Assembly: GCF_026571515.1 (NCBI RefSeq)
Contig: NW_026854840.1
Coordinates: 1 to 64,000, forward strand
DNA length: 64,000 bases
Direction of reading: 5' to 3'
DNA from: Ruditapes philippinarum
Taxonomy: Eukaryota
Shown here: piece by piece, positions 38,255 to 51,487 of the stretch
Position numbering within the stretch: position 1 is the first letter of the stretch
Layout: every line of letters begins with the position of its first letter
Notes under the pieces: generated by a model
Told to the model about the DNA's origin: nothing
The model's database searches: none
The model's input: the letters and a program-made list of their open reading frames with translations, nothing else
Position numbers and translations under genes: made by a program

Positions 38255-41200
38255 CGTGCGTGTGTGCGTGCGTGTGTATGCGCGTGCGCGTATGTTGGTG
38301 TTTGTTCGTGCGTGTCTGTGTGCGCGCGCGATGATAATAAAAACTAGCTGTTTCTTTAAGACCTGACTATTCGTTTTTGTTCAAGCAAAATAATTTAGTT
38401 GTTATAGTATCTCAATCATTTACGTGTAAGTATAGTAATTGATGAATTGTTGACATTTCTCTGGCATTACCAATTATTTTACAGAAAGTAAATGACAGTC
38501 GCATCTTGAACCAGTGCTGAAGGACATACTATCACAGAAAGTTGATTATTTATCTTATGTACGGAGTCATCGTTCTCCAGAATTTTCTGTTCCTGACCGT
38601 CTCAAACGGACACGTACGTGTTTGATCCGGAATGTTGCTCCATAACTTTGAGCCTTCTTAAACCTAGATGAACTATTTCGAAGTCACCTTACTTCAATCG
38701 TATTAGGGACGCACAATAACGTGATGAGGCCCGGCTTTCACTTACATTCTCAGTCTGAGACAAATCTCAATCTAAGATTTCTAAATAGTGCCCGATATTC
38801 TTACTCACCTGAGAAAATCTCAAGTTTGTTTTCACTTAACTTTTTCTCAACACTTGAGATTTTTCTCAACTGCAATCTTCAAACGTTAATGTAATTGTGA
38901 ATTGTCGGCATGACTAAAATATGCAACACAGATTTATGTTTTGAAGTATACAGATCTAGTTACCATTTTGGTTTAAACCGAGGCAACAGAGAAATATTTT
39001 GTATATTTTCATTAGATCTACAGTACCTTATGGGCATACATGTTTTTCCAAAATACAAGAATATTTAAATGGAAATGATTTATCAAGGATGAATATAAAA
39101 GTAGGTTGGGATTTTTCTCCGGGAAAAAGCTCAGATTTGAGCTGAGATTCTGACTTTGAGAACGTTAGTGACAACCGGGCAACGATTGACAGTAAAAGTT
39201 AACAGCGGTCTGTTAGTTTGTACAAATGTAGCTCGTTCGTCCTTTTTCACATACATACGTTACTCGGTCAAATTACGTTTTTAGTACATGAACGTAGTAA
39301 TTATATCTAAACACAATAAATCATTTCTGAACAACATTGCATCACGTTTCAATCAAGTTTTTAATTTTTAAAGTACAACGTGGTCTCTCAGTACGCTCAA
39401 CCCGTTATGAGTTCGGGGACACAAACTAGTGTCACCAAAACAGTATGAAACAACAAAGACATACATTTGAGGAACACAGACGGGCGCCGCCTTGGAACGG
39501 TCAGCAGCAGAAGAACTGATGGGGTGTTTAAATCGGTTAATGGTGCACCAAACCTCACTAGCCCCACCCTGTTCCTATAAAATAAAATGAAACCCCGCCA
39601 AGTGAAATTCTAACAGTTGTTATGGTAACAAAAGGTGAAATAAGTAAACGTTCAGACGATATATCTTGAGAAAAACAGTCTGTTACTATCATTATTATCA
39701 TGTGCTACAAATACTTCTTTCTCTTAATAAATTTTTGCGCATTTATCAAATTTTGTATTTAGAGGTAAAACCGCAAGATCAGTGTGCAGCTCTGAACTGT
39801 CTCCATGGAACATGTTCCGTTACCAATGGCGTGGCTAGTTGTACCTGTAACCAAGGCTGGAAAGGCAACCTATGTCAGACAGGTATCATTGAACTGTTAT
39901 ATAAACAGTTATGTATCTGGAAACATAAATTGTTAATTTTACTGATGCAATCGTTTATAGTTTCGGAAATATAAATAGATTTTCCTGAAAACTTTTAATA
40001 ATACAGATTCTTAAATAGTAGTCTATGTAAGCTTATCAAAACATGACGTCATTATAAGCGTATTGAAACAGGCTGTCATTGTAAGCGTATTGAAACATGC
40101 TGTCATTGTATGCGTATTGAGTAATGACGTCAATCTAAAATTATTGAAACAAGAAGCCATTGTAAGCTTATTTAAGCTGACTGTCATTATAAGCTTATTC
40201 AAACATAACTTCATTGTAAGCGTATTATCAAAATGCTCGGGGAAACCATATTATATGACTTAAAAAACGGCAATTTGCACGTTTAATGCTTATAAATGTT
40301 AACTTAAGACTCAATTTAATTCCATCATTCGAAGAATTAAAAGTGCTGTAATCATATTAAACCATGAGCTGTTGAATGCATTTTCATTCGATTCGTCTAT
40401 CTTTACATCTACTATGGCTACATGTATGCCACTCAATCTTGTGTATTTAAGATAGATATTAGAAAATACATGGTTGATGTCGCGATGGAGAAGATTTATC
40501 CGGGCAGCAAGAAAGTGCGAGGTTTAGCGAACAAAAACTCACTTTCGCAGCAAACCAGACAAACTGTCTCCTATACCGAAATCAAAAATGTATTCGATTT
40601 ATCCTGCTTTTGTCTATGTTGTCATGTTTTTTTAGATTAATAAAACAATTTCATTCAAATTTAGTTTTCCCCCGATAAAACAGCGGTTATATGTACTTAC
40701 TTACTATGTAACGTCATCATAGGCTACCCATGTGACGTAATGACTGGAAATAGTTGATCCGGCAAGGCTTTCTCCAACTGATAATATAGACAGTAGCAGG
40801 ATAAAGATATTTCTTGGTTATTTCAGATATTAATGAATGTACACAACAGCCATGTCAACACAACGGATATTGCATGAATACGGATGGAACCTATTCTTGT
40901 TCCTGTGCGAATGGTTGGGAAGGCAATCAGTGTGATAAAGGTGACATATTATATTTGTGTATAGGGTTTTAATAGTTTCACATATCAAGCATATTAAAAT
41001 GGTTTGTTCAGTTTATTTTCCTGTTATATTTTCAGTCGAATTAAAACACTTTTCGGTAATATCCGGTTATATCGATCTTAGCGGTCGATCCGCTTATTCA
41101 GCTACAGTCCCATGATTAGCAATTTCCCCGCAAACGACCAACTTGATACCCACATTTGTTTTCTGAATAAGGGATGAAACACAAATGACAATTAGACCAA

Positions 41201-44200
41201 ATGTCTGAAATCAAATGTAACAGAGCAGAAAACCTGTTTATATTACATAATTAAACTGACAAGAATAAAATACTTAATTGTCCTATTTTTTTTATAGTGA
41301 ATTTGTTTTGATTAAATATATGCTTGATTTTTCGTTTTGATCCTTGCTTTCTCCTGATTGATTTTTTTTTCATCGGTGAAGTAGCATTAAAATCACAGAA
41401 AAGTATAATAAAATGTTTGATAAGAAATTTATTTACCGGGTTATTTATATTTCATTATTTTAGACGAATATATTAATTAGTATATTTTTATATCTTTTCA
41501 TGCTCGTCATTCTATACCAGGGCCTATTGAATTAAGTAGTTCATACAGTTTATACAGAATCGTATCAAATATAATTACCATCGAAAAAACAAGTTTAAGG
41601 CAATAATCGGTTGGTTTTATTCAACCACTAAATGGCTACAAATGATGTATACACAATGCACTATTCTTTACATGCTTATACACGACCATGTGTCCTTTGT
41701 CCACAGACACAGATGAATGTCTTCTGAACCCATGCCCTAGTGCCAATGCTACCTGTACCAACACTGTTGGATCTTACACCTGTAGTTGCCCAAGTGGGTG
41801 GGAAGGCGTTAACTGCGAAATAGGTAAATTAGAAAACAACTTTAAGACAAAATTATACACTTGTGTTTGCGTATGTTTGAGTATGTGTGTATGTGCGCGC
41901 GTCTTTGCGCGCGCGTGTGTATTTGTGCGCGTGCAATGGTAATAAAGTCGAACTCTTCTTTAAAACCTGACTGTTCGTTTTAGACATGCAAAATAATTAT
42001 GTTTTTATAGTATCTCAACCATTTACGTGTGGGTATAGTAATTGATGAATTGTTGATATTTATTTCTCTAGCAATACCAATTATTTTACAGAATGTAAAT
42101 GGCAGTCGCATCTTGAATCAGTGCTGAAGGACGGATTATCACAGAAAGTTGATTATTGATCTTATGTACGGACTCATCGTATTTTAAACTATTAACAGAC
42201 TGTTTCAGGACGGCCAAGGATGTGTTCGGGAATGTTCCTCCATAACTTTGAGCCAACTCAAATATTTGGTTTGGCATCCCCGTACTTTGATTAGATGGAC
42301 TTCCAACTTTCTATCGAGATGAACTATTTGAACGCAATTACAATACTTCGTCCGTACAAAAAACGCGCAATAACATGACGAGATCGGGCGATGATTGACA
42401 ATAGGAGTTTACAGCAATCTGTCAGTTTGTCAGCTTGTTCGGCCTTTTCACAACATAAGTTATTTCATAAGTCACATTACGTTCTTAGTACGTAATAATT
42501 CTGTCTAAATATAATAAATCAACATCATTTCTGAACAACATTGCAACACGTTTCAATCCAGTTCTAAATTCGGACACTCAGACAAAGTAGAAATAATATT
42601 GGGCAGTTTTCTCATGAATTATCTAGCAACTGTCTTGCTAAAATTTTGATTTATTCATTTCTGTTGGAAGTGGAGCAATAAAACGATGGGATGGTAGAGC
42701 GACAAGACAAAGAAAGTGTTGTGTGAGGACTGCTTGTGTTGCTCTACACTTGCAAATGTCGTTAGTTTGATATTGTCTATTTGAACGCCTATAATGAACG
42801 GTTGAAATAGAATGAGAATGACATATACATGCTGTTGTATAGCCGGCAAGACTGGACGTTATTTTACTAATGACGATCTGAACGCACATTGGGCATGATG
42901 AGGACTTGACAAGGACTTTATCAACTGTCTATGAACAAAGTGGACATGCTACAAACTTGTTCGTGCAGTATATAACGTATTTCTTATGTGTGAAATAAGC
43001 AACCCAACGGATTTAAACAGACTGCAATCGGCCATAAACTGACTGAAAAAGATGTTACCGGGTAATAAACCAGATCTGAACGGACTTCATGCGGTATAAC
43101 GGCGGTATCAGCGTATCATTAACTAACTGTCTGTGAACTATTTGGTTCGCATTGTAGATATTTTCCGGCGATATTTTTGCGTCTTACCACAGCCCGTCCA
43201 AGGATATTTTGAGAGTTACGGACTAGTTTGAGTGACAGAAGCATTAAGAAAAGGCATCATGGACTCGTATTGAAATTTAACTTACTATTCTCCCAGTAGC
43301 GCTTATCGTGATGCATGTACACCCAGTGTATTGGTAATGCAATTGTATGGCTATCGTGAATTAAAACATTTGTATTACATTGTTAATCCTTGTATTTTAG
43401 ATATTGATGAGTGCACAAGATACAGATTTTGTCAGAACGGGGCCACGTGTGTAAACACCCAAGGACAGTTTACTTGCACGTGTCAGAGTGGATGGAAAGG
43501 AACGCAGTGCCAAACAGGTTTTTGTGATATTTGACAAATTATACAGTCATGTTGTATAAGTTTGGTTTGATACTTCTGCATTGTAATTTCTATATCCACA
43601 TTATTTCTTCTTGAAATATTTACTGAATTTGGTCGAACCAGAGTGCTGGCTTTAGTTACAAAATGAATTGCAGTGATTGTACTTTTATAGGACACTAATG
43701 GGTTAATGTACCTTTTCTCATGAATAAATATCAGACTCGGCACAAGCACAATGACGCATTTAATGACTCTGTAATTCAACACACACATGAATATTGAATG
43801 CAAACAGAGACTAAAATTTTATGCTGCTATCTTGAAATAGGGTTTAGCCGGTAAATTATGATTTCACGCATTCGCTGGAAAAGAAGTATATTGAGACAGA
43901 CATATGTTTGTCTTTTGAAAATATTTCTTTTTTTCAAACACTTATTTTTTAGGCAAATATATACCTTTATACACTTTAATATACATTTGTATTTTGTAAA
44001 GTGTTGGATGTGAACCTGTTTGGATGTTTCACCAGTTTTACCTGCCTCAGTATAATGACGATATTTGCAGGTTTTCTATTTGAATATTAAAATATGTTTG
44101 TAATGTAAGATATTGACGTTTTTTGGTTTTTTTTATGTATTTTTTTTTCATTTTGATTAGTTAAAGTGACATTATGCTCATATTTTCAGTCAAGTGGAGC

Positions 44201-47200
44201 TGAATTGACTATATATTTCAAAAGATTGACAATCAAAATGGTGTTTGACCAAAAGTTGATATTGGAAAATGTTTTTGATAAAATTATAAATCTGCCTAAA
44301 ATTAAAAAAGACTGCCCTACTCTTTTTATAAACTAAGCATTAAAGGTAAATTCTAATGGATATTTACAGAAATTTCATTTGGATTTGTGCGTTGTTTATT
44401 GTTTATGCGAACTTACTTAAATTACTTGAATTAAAAGATATTATGGCAAAATGAAAACATTTTTTATCTTCATCCGTTCACTCACTATATACCCTTAGAT
44501 TGGCATAATGTCAATTTAAGTTTTAATGGCGCACCAACACTATACAGGTCATATGGTGCTTACCTCGGGTTGTGCTTAAGAATGCCCAGGTGATAATGTA
44601 ATTGTTGAATTAATATCACTTAACACTAAGTCTTACAAACTTAAAAGCAACACTAGGTGGCATAACCACCTCACCTGCTGGAGCTGAGTTACACAGATCA
44701 CATTTGTTTTTCTAATTGCATGGTTTTCAATTTGTGTTAAAACAGATGTGGATGAATGCTTGAGCAACACTTGCAAACATGGAGCTTGTAGCAATAACCA
44801 AGGCTCATACACATGTACCTGTTCTCCAGGGTGGTTTGGAGTTAACTGTGAAAAAGGTTCTCAAATATATATTTTTAATTTTGGAAACCAGTTATCTTTT
44901 AAATGTTCTCTTAGTAAAGACAATGTATTAGATAACTATCAATTATCATCAGTATTTTGGCAATTGATATGTTTATATATGATAATCATTTGTGCTTTTT
45001 TGAACAGATTGTGTAATTTTAAGTGCAGAAATGAAAAATTGTACTTTCAAACTATATGGCTATTAGCTTTCAAATTGAAATAAAAGTAAAATGGAATTTA
45101 CATGATTTTGTTACTTTACACTATTTATAGCAACAATGTTGCGCTTTCCAGTTGGTGACACTTTTTAATACATATAAACATAAGTGCGTCCCCTGTTCTG
45201 TCGACGCCCTGTCAGATGCAAGCCCAATATTGTGGCATAGAGCATGTTATTGTTAGAATAATCAACAACTTTTAAGTAGCTTTGTAGTCCTTGAATACTA
45301 AATATGCGTTCTTATAGCGTCAAGAAATTTGGTGAGTTCGTTTAGCGAACACTTGAAAATTAATACTTAAAAATGTGTCTTTTTTATATTACGCAGGTGC
45401 TAACTCAACCGAATGTGATCATATTTGTTCCCTAGAATCGGCCGTGAAACAGGTACCAGTTAACTTCCCCTCTGCCACGTGCAGTGGTTCCTCAACTTTC
45501 GCTCCGAATGAGGCGTTGCTTCAAACATGTTGTGGTATTGGTGATAAATCGGGTTGGAAACAAGGAGAAAAGGTAAAATTAAGTGTGAAACCACAATTGT
45601 TTGAAGACAATTGTACAAATTAGTCATTTATACTTGATTTATCAAATAAGAAGGGTCAACTCAGTAAAATTGTTAAAACTTATGGTCCAACCCTTTTGCT
45701 TTTATGATTATCTACAACATCTCCGAAAATGTTTTGTCATACGTTTGCATGTGACATTGTATTTGTTTTGTGTAGAATGAAATATAGAATTAAATAAAAA
45801 AAAAGAAAAAAAAAAAAAAGAAGCAATAAAATATGATCAAACTAAATTTGTCTGAAAACAATTTTATCTCAAGTAAGAGATTGAGTGTTTCAAATACATT
45901 GTCTTGTTCAAAGTTTAATTACTTTGTTAAATTGTATATTGTATATTAAAACAACTTTTGCAGAGCTACATTTTGTGCCATACCCCATGGATACTTACAT
46001 GTAATCAAAAAATTATTCTTGTCAAGTTGCCAAACAGTCTAACTGTTTCACAAACGATAATTCGTGATAATTACCATACATCGTCTTTCAAGTACTACTG
46101 GATCAGTTGTTGTGTAGTACATGTAGTATAACAGTAACCTAAAAAAGGGTTAAATTTAACATGTTAACTTATACAGAATTTGATTAAAGAACCTTCGATA
46201 TCTAAGGTTGATATTCAGTTAAAACTGATGAAATTCTAGAGTATCCATAAAATTCGTATGCTTTTCATTGTCAAAAATATTTATTTATATATAACAGGTC
46301 ATGACTAAGTGCGGCACAAATTCTATGAATGCATTCACGCCAGTGGCTGCCTACATAAACGGTGTCATAGTACCTGACACAGCTGGCATCTTGACTGGAT
46401 GTCTTCATCATGGGGAAACCGGCTTTATGGTATTTTATTTTTCCAAGTTGATCAATCTGGAACTGAATATTTGGAGAATAAAATATATAAGACAACACTT
46501 GCATTGCCATATTACAATTCAATACATTACTTTTTTTCTAAACCTAGCTTTATCAGTCAGATATCAGCTAGATTCCAACGATATAGAAGTGTGGATGCTT
46601 AGATAAAGCATATATATTGTTTTTATAGGACGGGCCCCACTTAGACTTTTTCAAGTCACGTACCTGGAATGCTTCAGAAATGTCTTACCATGTAATAAAA
46701 ATCTAAACCGACAATTCGCGTGCAAAATTTCATATCATGACCACCTGCTCAATCCGCTTTTTTAAATTTTTATTATGCTCAAATTTGATGTTTTAAAATA
46801 TTGATAATTGCTACATGGTCCCTTTGTAAATATAAAATAAACAAGTTTTGACTTCACACGAAGTAGATATGTTATGCTCTAAATCGTTCGGACTGTAAGT
46901 GGACAAAATAGAAAGTGTGAAAAAACTGGCAGTTTTTTTACAGAAAGGATTAGCTTTACTTGACCCATAATAAGAAACGAATATTTTCATATACTAGTAT
47001 ACTCTGTACGTTCTTTTATATAATCATAATAATAATAATAATAATAATAATAAGACATACTTATTCAGTAATAATGTTGTAGATTCCAATACATAATATC
47101 TGCAATAACAATATTATCTTTTGTGATCATTTCATAGAACAAATTGACCTCAAAAGTGTCTATTACGTATAATTGACCACAAAAGTGTCTATTCCGTATA

Positions 47201-47826
47201 ATTATGATGAATTTAACAATGGTCAGGATCACTGTCACTTTCTGTGGATCATCATTATCAAATTTTATAAATAATATAGAAATGGACAATATGGGCAATA
47301 TGAACATGTAAAAAGTCAGATAAGCTTACACATACATTTACGATCAGACTGCAGGCATGACCGGTGTTTTTTTTTATGTTTTCTTTTGTTAAAATCCTAA
47401 ACTACACGATGAACAATAACTTTATTTAATGACCAAAGACATCCTCTTTTATCGAGGCGTACTCGTTACGTATACCCTTTATTCGAGTATTTTTGTTTGT
47501 GTTATTTTCTTTCCGGCGCACGAATATAATTTTTGCCATATTGCGCCGACACAAGACCAATGATTCTGGCTAACATTCGAGTGTAGTCCAACGGAATTTC
47601 AACAATGGTTCAGAGAAGTAAAAATTTAACATGAATTCTGAAGCCTCATGGTTAATTATTTAGTTTCTGTTCCTGTGTTCAGGAGTTGTTTTTGTTATTA
47701 TAATATCCTTTATATTTTCAGATAATTCGGCAAGATTGCTTAACAAAGCCGACACTATATCACTTGAATGGCACAAACACTGGCATTTTTGAGAGTAACC
47801 CACAAAAGTACTACGAACTGATATAA
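27983..47826 (+). CDS. Gene B: secreted protein, signal peptide + 6-Cys N-terminal module + 9 EGF-like repeats + C-terminal Tae2/Dae2-like domain lacking catalytic residues; about 581 aa
   Basis: Manually spliced, GT-AG, frame continuous (1746 nt). Exons: 27983-28052 ([23 protein letters not shown]), 29902-30042 ([10 protein letters not shown]...[20 protein letters not shown]), 31205-31249 ([15 protein letters not shown]), EGF exons 33958-34104, 34730-34849, 37155-37268, 38039-38155, 39763-39882, 40827-40940, 41707-41823, 43401-43517, 44746-44856; C-terminal exons 45397-45572 ([15 protein letters not shown]...[10 protein letters not shown]...WKQGEK), 46298-46429 ([44 protein letters not shown]), 47722-47826 ([34 protein letters not shown]). 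Confidence 0.9.
32855..33860 (+). mobile_element. Decayed 3' portion of a probable Penelope-like/non-LTR retroelement
   Basis: Stop-ridden reading [42 protein letters not shown] (32855-32989) resembles, from memory, the C-terminus of bivalve RT-only retroelement ORFs. The terminal ~110 bp (…gttgctggatcgtgtgggggttgcgttc…ttgatcttgtttatcatatt) recurs at about 17797-17900(-), 19440-19575(-), 20984-21085(+), 22268-22368(+), and an internal piece at about 39470-39650(-). Confidence 0.5.
34250..34440. repeat. Compound trinucleotide microsatellite (ATT/GTT/GTA/GTG)
   Basis: Direct inspection; explains the poly-Ile/poly-Val ORF 34201-34446. Confidence 0.9.
35605..36170. repeat. 27-bp minisatellite (about 21 units), consensus ttgaaacatgacgtcattgtaagcgta
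   Basis: Visible 27-bp periodicity; a shorter array of about 7 units sits at 40030-40230 in the duplicate. Confidence 0.85.
38195..38330. repeat. (TG)n microsatellite with CG-rich extension
   Basis: Direct inspection. Confidence 0.9.
38728..39180. mobile_element. MITE (PIF/Harbinger-like termini)
   Basis: gcccggctttcacttacattctca ... tgagaacgttagtgacaaccgggc imperfect inverted termini; essentially absent from the duplicated intron copy near 42380. Confidence 0.6.
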
Positions 47827-47851
47827 GTGTAATGATTATAAATCAATGAGA

Positions 47852-47857
47852 AATAAA
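47852..47857 (+). promoter_or_regulatory. Putative polyadenylation signal of gene B
   Basis: AATAAA about 25 nt after the TAA stop. Confidence 0.5.
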
Positions 47858-47900
47858 GTTATTATGTGGTTGCTATATTCTTTTTGACTATATGACAACA

Positions 47901-48110
47901 GTGGTGTAGCCGAGTGGTTAACGTGTCAGACTAGTAGTCTTATGATCGCTAGCAGCATTAGTTCAAACCCCGTCAGGGCAAGTCGCTGTTTCCTTTAGCA
48001 GTAAAATTTACTCTAATTGATCAGTACTTGATGGTTCTAGGAACAGATTTGAAAATGCGTCTATACGCTTAAAGCTTTCTTCTCTATCGAACTTAAATAA
48101 ATTTTGTATA
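47901..48110 (+). mobile_element. tRNA-derived SINE, family 2 (CORE-like central region)
   Basis: A box tagccgagtgg, B box agttcaaaccc, then tgtttcctttagcag...cagtacttgatggttctaggaacagatt. Homologous to 53746-53955. Confidence 0.7.
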
Positions 48111-48473
48111 ACCCAACAGTGGTGGCTTGGTCCACAGATGAGTTCGTTTACTTGATAGTAAAATCCTAAAAACATATTCTTCTCTTTGAAGAGTTAATAA
48201 GCCAACATTTAAGAGTATATAACCTCCACTTTTAAGCCTCTACTTTGAAGAGTACATAAACTGAACTTTGAAGAGCACAATACCTGTATTTTGAATACAG
48301 TAGTACTAACTAAAACACAGAGTGGCAGTTTTTTTTTTAAAGAAAGGACCACATTAAATGGCAATACAGTGCTCGTGCATTTCATATTCAAGTTGATCAT
48401 ATTCGGTATTTTCCTACATTTCAATAATTTCTGTATTAACAGTTTTTAACCTAAATATGAGCATACTGTATCT

Positions 48474-48750
48474 GGGGCGTCCGTGGCCGAGTGGTTAAGG
48501 TCGTTGACTTCAAAACCACTTGCCCCTCACCGCTATGGGTTCGAATCCCGATAGGGACTTTTGATTCCTTCATGTGAGGAAGCTATCCAGCTAGCTTACG
48601 GAACGTCGGTGGTTCTACTCAGGTGCCCGTTCGTGCCTGAAATAATGCACGGAAGGGCACCTGAGGTCTTCCTCCACCAGTAAAGCTGAAACGTCGCGAT
48701 ATGACCTATACTGTGTCGATGTGACGTAAAACTCAAAACAAACAAACAAA
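48474..48750 (+). mobile_element. tRNA-derived SINE, family 1, near full length
   Basis: A box tggccgagtgg, B box ggttcgaatccc, body gtgaggaagctatccagctagcttacggaacgtcggtggttctactcaggtgcccg, (AAAC)n tail. Diverged minus-strand copies elsewhere in the window. Superfamily (possibly Meta/MESC-type) is unverified. Confidence 0.85.
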
Positions 48751-49909
48751 ATATTGACCGATAGCTTAAATTAGACACTCTTTGTAGGAAGATTATTAGG
48801 AACGTTATATATATTTTCCTACAAGTTAAGTAAAACAATTACGTAACTTGATTGCATGCTTTGTAAGCTGAATGCTATTATTTGTTTCTAACAATATTTT
48901 TATTAAATTATATTTCATACGGTTTAAAGTCTAAGAAAACTATTACTTAGAGTTTCCTTATTTCTTAAAAAGTAACTTCTATTATCAAAGCTTTAATTAA
49001 AGCGTGTCCATTAAATTTCTCTAAATGGAGCATTTTGACCAGGTTTATCGCTGCACCAATGAAGTCGTCCACACCCTTTCCCGTACCAATTGTGGTAGAC
49101 ACAAAGTGCCCGATCGTGCAATATTTAAGATACGAAATAATACAATCCACCTGAGATGAACCTACGACATTCTGTAAGCTAGCTGCATAGCTTCCACACA
49201 TGAAAGAATACAAAGCGGTATTTGAACCCAGAGCATTGAAGTTACCTACTGGGCTACGGTTGTCCCTCTTGTCAGGAATGCATTTAAATGATAATTACTA
49301 TAATTTCAGATGCTAAATATATTAAGTTACAGTGCCCGTAAATAATACAGTCAAACCTTTAAAATTCGGGAGTATTGATTCAGATGAAATACCACTCAAA
49401 CAGGCGCTAGATGATGGAGAGATGTTAAATCTACAATAAACAGACTTTACAATTATTCGTTCACTATACGAAGAAAATTGTTTAATGTGCGTATACTTGT
49501 ACCTTTATATGCAGTTATATTTGAAATGCCATCATTAAAATCCATTTTACCTATACATGGGAATTTAATGATATCATAATAAAACAGTACATTTTTTCTC
49601 CGCAAAATTATGTTTAATGAACAGAACAGAACTAGTTTTATCTGTACCGTATTTGTGAAGTATTATACTATAACGGACGCATTCAAAGTCTGTGATCGAA
49701 GTGTGAAGTAAAGGGCCGATAAGTTTGACCTCACTAGTATGGACGTAATACTACATTTTCATAATTACCCTATTAATATGATTTTTCAATCTTTGGAATT
49801 CTCATATTTATTCGGTATTGTGGCTGATTTGTGCCATGCTATACTTTCACTACGCGGGGCTCAGTGCGAAAACACGATTCCTATTATTATGGGTTTGGGG
49901 CGGGAGTGT

Positions 49910-50150
49910 ATTGGATTTTTCGCACCAACACTGTAAGGTCAATTGGTGACACTTCCGCTTTACTGGTGGAGGAAGGCGTCAGGTGCCCTTTGTGAATTAT
50001 TTCAGACACGAGCGGACCCCTTAGTAAAACCACCGACGTTCCCTAAGCTAGTTGGTTAGCTTGCTCACATGAAAGAATCTCCGTTGGGATTTGAACAAAC
50101 AGTGGTGACGGGTAAGCTGTTTGAAGTCAACGACCTTAACCACCTCGCCC
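49910..50150 (-). mobile_element. SINE family 1, diverged copy
   Basis: Reverse complement aligns to 48474-48750 (tactggtggaggaag, caccgacgttcc, ttgaagtcaacgaccttaaccac). Confidence 0.75.
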
Positions 50151-50994
50151 AAATCAATGTTATTATATCTCACCGAGATCATTTACTAATAGATTAAATC
50201 AGTTCATGTTCATGTCAACTTATACATGGAAAGAAATCTACAAGTAAAGATAAGATCGTTTATGAGTTACGTCTCAAAATTAATAGCCTACTCTAAATGT
50301 TTCCAGTTTGATCGAAAAATGTGTTTAATATTTTTGACATTATGTCATATAATCTTATATTGATAAAGTTTGACTTTATCAAAATTTACTAAAATATATA
50401 TTATAGACGCAACGCTGGCTGACATATAAATACGGTGTATTATGTATTATTATGTTACAATATCGTTGGCGCATGTGCAGTAGTGACCAGAAAAAATTAT
50501 ATATTTGTTTACAATCTAAGAATGACAAAAATGGGTGCTTTTTTAAAATTATATTTGTCCACCATTAACTGTATTTCTTTTTACTTAGAATTCAAGTATA
50601 AATAACTTGACGAATATCTTTTACAGCACATAAGGTTGATCAGTTGTTATAAGCAAGTTTCCTTTTTTACTATATACAATTTAATCTTTAAAAAATCAAG
50701 CAGAATACATTGTATTTCAACTCACTTTTTGATTAGTGTTTGTTTGTTTTGCTTTTAGTTTATCTTTTTTTTTTAATTAATTCTGACATTCACAATAGCA
50801 GGTGCAAAAGAACTGTTATGGGCGTCCGTAACAAGGCTTCCAATATTTCACCTAAATATGTTTTGGCAAAAAATCGTTCTTTGAAATCTTGCCAAAACGT
50901 AGCCTTTGCTTCAAAAATGTTTTTCGATAATTAGCGAGACAGAATTCTGGTCAGACGAAATTAAGTATTTGGAGGTTGTAGATCAATTGCTTTA

Positions 50995-51255
50995 TTGTTG
51001 TGTTTAACGTCGTACAAACACAGTATAGGTCATATGGCGACTTCAGCTTTTACTGGCACAGGAATAACTAAGGTGCCCAGTCCGTACATTAGTTCAAGAA
51101 CAAAGGATACCTGAGTAGAACCATCGACGTTCCGTAAGCTTAATAGATAGCTTTAGCTTTATCACACGTAGAATTTGAAGAAGCTGGCACGGCTAGAGCC
51201 TACACTTATCTGAGTTAAGTAGTTTGAAGTAAGCGAGCTTAACCACTCGGCATCG
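50995..51255 (-). mobile_element. SINE family 1, diverged copy just upstream of gene C exon 1
   Basis: cagtataggtcatatggcgact, cctgagtagaaccatcgacgttccgtaagct and ttaaccactcggc match the reverse complement of 48474-48750. Confidence 0.75.
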
Positions 51256-51487
51256 GGCTGAATTGATTGAGCAATCATTAGTCGTGGGAATGATCTTACA
51301 ATGTTCATGTACTTACTATTATTATTTTACAAATAAAAGGGTCGCTGTAAATCTTATCTTGTAGGTTACTGCGGAAAATATTTTTGAACATCAACTGTAT
51401 GTTTGACAATCAGTCCTGTATATTGGACTATTGTCGTTGTTTGTACAATTTACGTAAAGGGAATGTTGGCATTTCTAAATGGTCAGA

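Larger units (their letters stand above)
34670..42570 (+). repeat. Internal tandem duplication of three EGF exons plus introns in gene B
   Basis: Copy 1 about 34670-39365, copy 2 about 39700-42570. Exon pairs 34730/39763, 37155/40827 and 38039/41707 differ by 4-5 aa each, and intron sequences align. Confidence 0.9.

Noticed and set aside
48474-48555. tRNA gene (also 47901 and 53746)
   Set aside because: The A and B boxes run straight into SINE bodies with several diverged copies in the window; no clean cloverleaf or terminator.
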